A DNA stretch of 64,000 nucleotides from an uncultured Thermococci archaeon (lineage in GTDB: Archaea > Methanobacteriota_B > Thermococci > Methanofastidiosales > B48-G16), in NCBI GenBank assembly GCA_964595645.1, contig CAZQQT010000003.1, positions 64,001 to 128,000 on the forward strand, written 5' to 3'. A program made the position numbers and the translations under genes. The notes under the pieces were generated by a model. That model was not told where the DNA came from and made no database searches. It worked only from the letters and a program-made list of their open reading frames with translations. This document shows, piece after piece, positions 57,384 through 64,000 of the stretch. The first letter of the stretch is position 1. Every line of letters begins with the position of its first letter.

Positions 57384-58690
57384 TATATCGCCTCCATTAC
57401 AGTAATAAGCTTATCAATGTCCTCTTTACTGTGTAACTCCGTGACACAGTATAGTGCAGTATTTTCGAGATCATATCCTACGTTTTCCAGGAGTAGGCCT
57501 CCTTGGATATTGTTGTGAAGAAGTTTTTTATCAACAGTTTTCATCTTCTCATGGTGTACGGTGAATTCCTTAAAATGCGGGGCATTGAACAAGGGCGCTG
57601 TGAATCCATCGATTTCGTTAATTCTATCCATTGTGGATCGTGCATTTTTCATACAGATCTCAGCAAGCTCTCTCATCCCCTGTTTTCCCATTACAGAAAG
57701 ATACACTGCAGAAGCCACGGCACAAAGCGCTTCATTTGAGCAGATGTTGCTTGTAGCTTTCTCCCTTCGTATATGCTGTTCTCTTGTTTGTAGAGCCATA
57801 ACGAATCCTTGGTTTCCTTCTTCATCTTCAGTGGCGCCGATGAGTCTCCCCGGCATTTTTCGTATCAGCTTCATCTCATCTTTTACACCAAAAATGCCCA
57901 GTAACGGGCCGCCAAAACTGGGAGAGTATCCCACAGACTCCCCAATAGCTATATCTGCGTACTCTCCTGGTGGAATGACCATGCCCAAAGAAACAGGATC
58001 TGCACCTGCAACTACTAATGTATCGTGATTGTGTGCAATTTCTTTAATTTCTTTTATTTGCTGCTCAAAAAATCCAAGAAAGGTGGGATTTTCAATATAT
58101 ACGCCGCATGCATTCTCTATATTATTCTTTAACTCCACAAGATCGATTCCTTCTTCGTTGTATCCTATTTCTATAATTTCTAAAATTCCTTCAGCATACG
58201 TTTCCAGTACTGCCTTTCTTTCAGGATGGATATTTTTGGAAACAATGAATGTAGGGTTCTTATTGACTCGATAGCACATAAGTGCTGCCTCTCCTAGGGC
58301 AGTGGCCCAGTCGTACATCGATGAGTTGACCACCCCCATACCGAGCAGCTCGCCCATGAGGGACTGATACTCGAAAAGTGCCTGCAGCATTCCCTGCGAT
58401 ACTTCTGGCTGGTATGGAGTGTATGAGGAGTAGAACTCTGTTCTTCCCACAATCTCCTTTACGATCGACGGAATATAGTGGTTGTACACCCCTGCACCAA
58501 GGAAATTGAGCATCACATCATTTTTATCAAGGATATGTTTTATCTCTCGTTTCGTCTCGAACTCGCTTTTTTCGTCCCATAATTGCAGATCACTCCGTAG
58601 GTTCTCTGGTACATCAGAGAAAAGTCTTTCTGTTGTGAGACCTATCTCTTCCAGCATTTTTTGTTCATCGTCTTCGGGGATATATCTCAT
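57383..58690 (-). CDS. gcvPA: glycine dehydrogenase (decarboxylating) subunit 1
   Basis: YTPYQPEVSQG, REQHIRREKATSNICSN; SD AGGTGA before ATG 58690. Confidence 0.96.
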   Translation of the reverse strand: MRYIPEDDEQKMLEEIGLTTERLFSDVPENLRSDLQLWDEKSEFETKREIKHILDKNDVMLNFLGAGVYNHYIPSIVKEIVGRTEFYSSYTPYQPEVSQGMLQALFEYQSLMGELLGMGVVNSSMYDWATALGEAALMCYRVNKNPTFIVSKNIHPERKAVLETYAEGILEIIEIGYNEEGIDLVELKNNIENACGVYIENPTFLGFFEQQIKEIKEIAHNHDTLVVAGADPVSLGMVIPPGEYADIAIGESVGYSPSFGGPLLGIFGVKDEMKLIRKMPGRLIGATEDEEGNQGFVMALQTREQHIRREKATSNICSNEALCAVASAVYLSVMGKQGMRELAEICMKNARSTMDRINEIDGFTAPLFNAPHFKEFTVHHEKMKTVDKKLLHNNIQGGLLLENVGYDLENTALYCVTELHSKEDIDKLITVMEAI

Positions 58691-58903
58691 CGGATCACCT
58701 TTGTACGTATTATATAGGATATTATAAATTTTTTGTGCATTAGATATTCCACTAGAAGTTATCTTCTTATTCAATCACTCTCCCCCTCGTAAATTTTACA
58801 ACAGCTTCTGATAACATTTTATATTCACGCATTTTTAGCTAATATACTATGTTATTATCATTGGATAGTAATCTTTTTAATATTACCTTTCCCATCCACT
58901 CTT

Positions 58904-59761
58904 ATGAAGATAATCGTGCATGGAGGAGCCTGGGCCATACCTGATGACGCAGTGGACGATCATCTGAAGGGTGTGACACAGGCCGTGAAAAATGGATTGA
59001 AGGAAGATACTGCAGTTGATGCTGTAGAAGCAGCAATCAACGTAATGGAAGATGATCCAACCTTTGATGCAGGTTATGGGTCTTTTCTTAATGGTAATGG
59101 GGATATAGAGTTAGATGCAGTGCTTGCAGAGGATCGTAAATTTGGTGCCGTTGCAGGGGTAAGTAGGGTGAAAAATCCCATCTCGCTTACCAAGAAAATC
59201 CTGTTTGATGAAAACGTGAACTTTATTATTGCGAGGGGAGCAGAACAGTACGCAGAAACTCATGGCATCCCTCTCTGCGATCCGAAGGAACTCATTATGG
59301 AACGAGAGAGGAAACGGTGGAAAAAGATCAATGAAGAGGGAAAAAAACCTGAGGATTTTTTCCATGATACCGTTGGTGCAGTCGCCTTTGATGATGGGGG
59401 ACGGCTTGCCGCCGGTACATCTACGGGAGGGACACCGAATAAAGTGCCGGGACGGGTAGGCGACTCCCCGCTGTTCGGTGCCGGTTGTTACGCAGATGGG
59501 AGGATCGCAGCCTCCGCTACAGGCTACGGCGAACAGATCATGCGGGTGCTCCTCACACGGACATTAGCTGAACTTTCCACGCGGATGAATCTTTCTGAAG
59601 CCTGCCGTGAGGCACTAGTTGTATTGAAGGGAATAGGAGGGCACGGCGGTATCATCTCACTGGACAAAGAAGGAAACCTCGGCTATCAATTTAACACGCC
59701 TAGAATGGCATACGCCTTTAATGAAGGCGATGAAATAAAATCATTTATACAGAAACAATGA
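58904..59761 (+). CDS. isoaspartyl peptidase / L-asparaginase (Ntn hydrolase)
   Basis: HGGAW, FDAGYGS, HD-TVGAV cleavage site, STGG, GRVGDSP, TGYGE. Confidence 0.93.
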   Translation: MKIIVHGGAWAIPDDAVDDHLKGVTQAVKNGLKEDTAVDAVEAAINVMEDDPTFDAGYGSFLNGNGDIELDAVLAEDRKFGAVAGVSRVKNPISLTKKILFDENVNFIIARGAEQYAETHGIPLCDPKELIMERERKRWKKINEEGKKPEDFFHDTVGAVAFDDGGRLAAGTSTGGTPNKVPGRVGDSPLFGAGCYADGRIAASATGYGEQIMRVLLTRTLAELSTRMNLSEACREALVVLKGIGGHGGIISLDKEGNLGYQFNTPRMAYAFNEGDEIKSFIQKQ

Positions 59762-60441
59762 AAATTTATCCCGTTGATAATAGTCCTTCGTTACTCATAG
59801 AGAACGATAAGAAGATCTTGGTAGTTGCTGATCTACATCTAGGTATCGAGTATGAATTGTACAAAAAAGGCGTAAAACTTGGCAATGTTACACGAAAAAT
59901 AAAGAGAGTACTTGAAGAGACAATTGAACGAACAGAAGCAGACGAAGTGATATTTTTAGGTGACTTGAAACATAATATTCCACAAATTTCCTTTCGAGAA
60001 GAGCGAGATGTTCCGCATTTTTTGGAACTACCGATAGAATTTAGGATTGTAAAAGGAAATCACGACGGCAATATCGAACGGTTAACTGAGGAGGATGTGT
60101 ACAAAAAGATTGTAATTAATGATATATTGCTAACTCATGGCCATCTCAAAATACCAGAACGACCTGGATACCTCATCATGGGACACTCTCATCCCGCCGT
60201 GACATTTCGAGATGAAGTGGGCAAGGCCACCAAGGAAAAATGTTTTCTCTTCGGGTCGTTAAAAGATGAGAATACGAAGGTCGTTATCCTTCCCGCCTTC
60301 TCCCCACTTATCACAGGGATATCCATTAACAAGAAACGAATTCCAGGGTATTTCTTTAATAATGAACTTATCGACATGAAGCATTTGGAGGTTTACCTCC
60401 TCGATAATACGTACCTCGGATCGTTTCCTGATCTTCCATAG
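59758..60441 (+). CDS. calcineurin-like metallophosphoesterase
   Basis: DLHLG, GD..H, GNHD, HGH, GH.HP, PAF. Confidence 0.9.
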   Translation: MKIYPVDNSPSLLIENDKKILVVADLHLGIEYELYKKGVKLGNVTRKIKRVLEETIERTEADEVIFLGDLKHNIPQISFREERDVPHFLELPIEFRIVKGNHDGNIERLTEEDVYKKIVINDILLTHGHLKIPERPGYLIMGHSHPAVTFRDEVGKATKEKCFLFGSLKDENTKVVILPAFSPLITGISINKKRIPGYFFNNELIDMKHLEVYLLDNTYLGSFPDLP

Positions 60442-60475
60442 AAAGATTTTTATTTGCCAGTATTCTCCTTCAAAC

Positions 60476-61183
60476 ATGGTCTTTCTGCCTCTTTCAGATA
60501 ACGTTCCCGGAAAAAAAACACCGTACATAGTATACGGATTGATCGCGACTAATGTTATTGTATTTCTCTATGAAGTGTACCTCCAGGCGCTTCCTTCAAA
60601 TGCATTCGATAGGTTTATTTATACGTACGCGCTTATTCCCAGACAGATCACGCAGTTTGAAGGCATGGGAACACTCGTGTCATCAATGTTTCTCCATGGA
60701 GGATTTATGCATATTTTTGCGAACATGCTGTTTCTCTATATTTTCGGTAACAATGTCGAGGACTCGATGGGCCATGGACGATTTTTGGTGTTCTATCTCC
60801 TCTGTGGATTTGCAGCGTCATTTCTTCAAATCGCCGTGGATCCGGGCTCAACAATACCAAACCTTGGTGCCTCCGGTGCGATTGCAGGCGTACTCGGTGC
60901 TTATATGATTACGTATCCCAAAGCAAAGGTACATACGCTTATATTCCTTGGATTCTTTGTAATGATACGGAGGATATCCGCGTTCTTCTTTTTAGCTGTA
61001 TGGTTTGTGATACAGTTATTTTCTGGTGTTGGATCGATCGTGGCGGTGTCTCAGGGCGGTGTTGCGTACTTCGCACACATTGGTGGATTTGTGGCGGGCG
61101 TGCTTCTCTCCTTCGTGTTCCGAAAGAAAGTGGAGGAGATTCGGGAAGATGAGTGGGACGAGCTGGTGTACGGCTATAGGTGA
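60476..61183 (+). CDS. rhomboid family intramembrane protease
   Basis: SMFLHGG..H...NM, GASGA, AHIGGF. Confidence 0.93.
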   Translation: MVFLPLSDNVPGKKTPYIVYGLIATNVIVFLYEVYLQALPSNAFDRFIYTYALIPRQITQFEGMGTLVSSMFLHGGFMHIFANMLFLYIFGNNVEDSMGHGRFLVFYLLCGFAASFLQIAVDPGSTIPNLGASGAIAGVLGAYMITYPKAKVHTLIFLGFFVMIRRISAFFFLAVWFVIQLFSGVGSIVAVSQGGVAYFAHIGGFVAGVLLSFVFRKKVEEIREDEWDELVYGYR

Positions 61184-61187
61184 AACA

Positions 61188-62198
61188 ATGAAATATCTCT
61201 TGTTCATTCTTTTCGTGCTGTCCTCCTTTCTTTCCCCATCCTTTCCTGGTGTAGAGGTAGAGGTTACACCGTGGTATCACAATGCCGAAGGCGCATTGAG
61301 TGTCACATTCGATGACTGCGATGAAACTCAGTATCTCGTTGCTGCCCCTATTATTGAAAAATATGACATTCGAGGGACCTTTGGGGTAGTTACCTCCTGG
61401 GTAGGAAAAATGGTAGAAGAACCGAAAGGTGTGCGAATTCAGAAGATGACCTGGAAACAGATACAAGAGCTTAGTGTTACTCACGAGATCGCCTCTCACA
61501 CGTGTACCCATCCTAATCTGGCCATGCTTTGTAAAGAAGCCCTTCTCACCGAGATACAGGACTCAAAAAGACTTATTGAAGAACATACCAGAAAAGAGTG
61601 TATTGCAATGCATTATCCTCTTTCACGTACGAACAATGTTGTGAAGAGAACACTGAGAGATTCAGGGTATCTCTGTGCTCGGTCGTATGAGAACAGGATC
61701 AACACTGATCCAGATCTATATGAAATTTCCTCATACGCCATTTTTAGTGATAATGATCCCTCTCTTGGAGATTTACAGGCAATGATCAGGGAGACAAGGG
61801 GCAAGAATGGATGGATGGTGCTGATGTATCATCATATAAGTAACTATCCGGAAAATTACAGCGTAAACGCCTCTGTTCCTCTCTGTGTTACACCTGAGAC
61901 ATTTGAGTTTCAGATGCAGCTTCTCTCGTCGTCGGATCTTTGGATTGCACCACTAGGAAAAGTAGCAACATACATCCAACAACGGGAGACTTGTACGATT
62001 GATGTGATTCCCTCCTTCGGCTATGTCAAAATCCGTGTAAATACTCCTTTTGATCACCCCCTCACGATTCGGGTACACCATGACTGGAAGGAGGTGAAAG
62101 TGAAAGGAAGTCTCTCCGATAGTGTCTACACCACAGATACTTTCTACCTGGATGTCCAGCCCAATACGGAGATTATCCTCTATCGGGTCTGGCCGTAA
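61188..62198 (+). CDS. secreted polysaccharide deacetylase (CE4/NodB)
   Basis: Signal peptide, TFDD, HEIASHT..H, YP, LMYH; SD AGGTGA. Confidence 0.88.
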   Translation: MKYLLFILFVLSSFLSPSFPGVEVEVTPWYHNAEGALSVTFDDCDETQYLVAAPIIEKYDIRGTFGVVTSWVGKMVEEPKGVRIQKMTWKQIQELSVTHEIASHTCTHPNLAMLCKEALLTEIQDSKRLIEEHTRKECIAMHYPLSRTNNVVKRTLRDSGYLCARSYENRINTDPDLYEISSYAIFSDNDPSLGDLQAMIRETRGKNGWMVLMYHHISNYPENYSVNASVPLCVTPETFEFQMQLLSSSDLWIAPLGKVATYIQQRETCTIDVIPSFGYVKIRVNTPFDHPLTIRVHHDWKEVKVKGSLSDSVYTTDTFYLDVQPNTEIILYRVWP

Positions 62199-62243
62199 CG
62201 ATGCATATAAAAACCTCTCAGGAAAAAAGAATATCATATACAA

Positions 62244-62328
62244 GCGGGGGTTGCCGAGCCTGGCCAAAGGTGCAGGGCTTAGGACCCTGTCTCGTAGGAG
62301 TCCGCGGGTTCAAATCCCGTCCCCCGCA
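62244..62328 (+). tRNA. tRNA-Leu(UAG)
   Basis: GCGGGGG acceptor, CAGGG-CT-TAG-GA-CCCTG anticodon arm, long variable arm, TTCAAATC. Confidence 0.97.
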
Positions 62329-62437
62329 CTCAAATCCCTTCGATTCTCCAAAGGACTGATATATGGGCTTGAAAAGAATAGAGTTTTTGCGAGATAGGGC
62401 ACTGTTCATTGGGGTGTCCTGTCTCGTAGATCTATCC

Positions 62438-62646
62438 TTACGCATACAGCACCCCATTTTCCTCATAAAGCCTATATTGCACCTTCAACTCATTAATAAT
62501 ATCATACGTTGTTTCCCACGTGAGATTATACCTTCTTCTTAGGTATGTTGCTAATGTTTTCGTTTCTATTCTCCTTTTTCCAACGACAAGACGGTTAATG
62601 TCATTAAAAATTCTTTTTTTAACATCTGTGCATTTTTTACGTCCAT
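62438..62646 (-). pseudogene. small ~69-aa protein interrupted at an A7 run
   Basis: MDVKNAQMLKK in frame 0; the -1 frame continues RIFNDINRLVVGKRRIETKTLATYLRRRYNLTW...GVLYA*. Confidence 0.35.
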
Positions 62647-62731
62647 ATTAATGTCCCCTACTTCCAGAAAAAAAGAGTGGACTGTTATTTCTCCTTCAAT
62701 TTCTACCCGCATTTTCAAGCTTTCATGAGTA

Positions 62732-63220
62732 TTATTTCATCCTACCGAAGTAGATCGTGAGAAGAAGTACCACGAACACACCAGCAGCAATGTAACATAT
62801 CATTTTGTGGGGGGATTTCGGTGTCCTAGTTGGGGTTGCGGTTGTTGTAATCGGCGCAGGTGTTTCTATCTTTTTGATGCAATAGGAATTGGAAGTTCCT
62901 CGATCTGTAGCTAGAATTACATTACATTCCTGATTCTTCCTATACTTCCCATATACCTCTACTTTGTCACCAGGTTCTATGGTCGGATCGATGTCGCCCC
63001 ATTCAATGTTGATAGCTTGGAAGGTGACTACCTTAATTCTGTCAGTACAGGGCTGTGGGCCGCTGAGAACTTCCTCTACCTGTACACGCCAATAGCTTGT
63101 TCCACCAGGTTTTACCGCCTCGTGATACTCTACTGCGGTACCTACAAATTGCATTTCTGTATCTGCTCTCACGTTTTTAAATCCGATTCCAATTCCACTC
63201 AACGCCAACGCACCAATCAC
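62732..63220 (-). CDS. membrane-anchored secreted protein (OB-like domain, Thr/Pro linker, C-terminal TM); 5' end may be degenerate
   Basis: GDKVEVYG pattern, TTTATPT linker, TM. The basic signal-peptide start (KRKLVVG) lies in another frame upstream. Confidence 0.55.
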   Translation of the reverse strand: MIGALALSGIGIGFKNVRADTEMQFVGTAVEYHEAVKPGGTSYWRVQVEEVLSGPQPCTDRIKVVTFQAINIEWGDIDPTIEPGDKVEVYGKYRKNQECNVILATDRGTSNSYCIKKIETPAPITTTATPTRTPKSPHKMICYIAAGVFVVLLLTIYFGRMK

Positions 63221-63484
63221 AAACCAACCACAAGTTTCCTCTTTATATTACCACTACTTAGCCTATGGGCAGAAATACTTAAGGTTTTGGAAAACTCCAA
63301 TAACAGCTGCTTCTACATTTCATGCATAAGATCCTCTATAGTCCATCGGAGGTACATAATTCTATGGATCTGGTTACAGCAACATTAACTTCTCCCCTAC
63401 CTATCATCTATAATGGACTGAAGACATTGGTAGAGATATAATTCAATCCGAAAAAAAGGATTATATGAGTTTCGCTCCAATGAT

Positions 63485-64000
63485 TCAATGCCTTTCAACT
63501 GCTACAATATACTCACTAAATATTTCATTAAACTCATTCTGGCTCAATACTGATTTATTTTCTTTCTCAATTTTTTGCATGGCTGGAGGATTGTTTAAGT
63601 ATCCTGGCATTTTATTCTCTATTCTTTTTTCAAATGAAGGAGTGATCGTATCCTTATAGAAGATTCCAATAGGTATTTTTTTATTCTCAGATAATTTATT
63701 CATTGCCTGATATTTCTTTTCGACTCGCTCCTCATCATCTTTTACGGTAGGATCCCAGTCATCAGCCAACTCTTCAATACGTTGCTGGTAAAACGCCGAT
63801 GTGTGTATATTATTGTACGTGACACAAGGCTGGAGTATGTCAATAAAGGCAGCGCCATCGTGTTGTATACCTTCGATAATCAGCTTCTGTAAGTGTGCAG
63901 CGCTTAATGCGTATCCTCTTGCCACGAAGGTGTATCCTGCTGTCAACGCAAGTGGAAGTGCAGGTACGGCATCCTGTATAGTGGGCGTTGAAAGCGCTTT
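63485..64000 (-). CDS. 2-oxoacid:ferredoxin oxidoreductase beta subunit, C-terminal part (runs off window)
   Basis: TFVAR, H.G.AFIDILQPCVTYN, IPIGIFY. Confidence 0.9.
   Translation of the reverse strand, partial: KALSTPTIQDAVPALPLALTAGYTFVARGYALSAAHLQKLIIEGIQHDGAAFIDILQPCVTYNNIHTSAFYQQRIEELADDWDPTVKDDEERVEKKYQAMNKLSENKKIPIGIFYKDTITPSFEKRIENKMPGYLNNPPAMQKIEKENKSVLSQNEFNEIFSEYIVAVERH

Overview
Archaeal chromosomal window, mostly core genome. An unsplit Rpo2, GatDE, Topo VI, R15P isomerase, XerA and Pro/Thr-linker lipoproteins suggest a Thermococci-related lineage such as Theionarchaea or Methanofastidiosales; this assignment is inference. Layout: (1-2.1 kb) right end of an integrated element with an SNJ2-type integrase and a 14-bp tRNA-Glu-like att core; (2.1-20 kb) decayed fragments, then amino-acid/peptide catabolism genes, surface proteins, RPA and GuaAB; (20.6-32.5 kb) 5S rRNA, tRNA-Asp, tRNA-Lys, rpoH-B-A1-A2, L30e, nusA, S12, S7 and EF-2; (32.5-38.6 kb) R15P isomerase, a degenerate PfkB protein, a Ca2+ P-type ATPase and the xerA locus; (38.6-64 kb) glyS, hemK2, gatDE, a sensor kinase, ileS, top6AB, dim2, rio1, aIF-1A, L40e, tsr3, gcvPAB, hydrolases, tRNA-Leu and part of a 2-oxoacid:ferredoxin oxidoreductase beta subunit. 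Main finding: a XerA-type recombinase with a palindromic site 30/34 identical to phage P1 loxP between its TATA box and start codon. The gene and site sit in a ~1.4-kb AT-rich cassette bounded by 30-bp inverted repeats (27/30) that also contains a perfect 22-bp palindrome. Second finding: the RNA polymerase catalytic motif reads GADFDGD instead of the near-universal NADFDGD. Two small genes missing from the ORF track were recovered (a CxxC-x17-CxxC protein and L40e).
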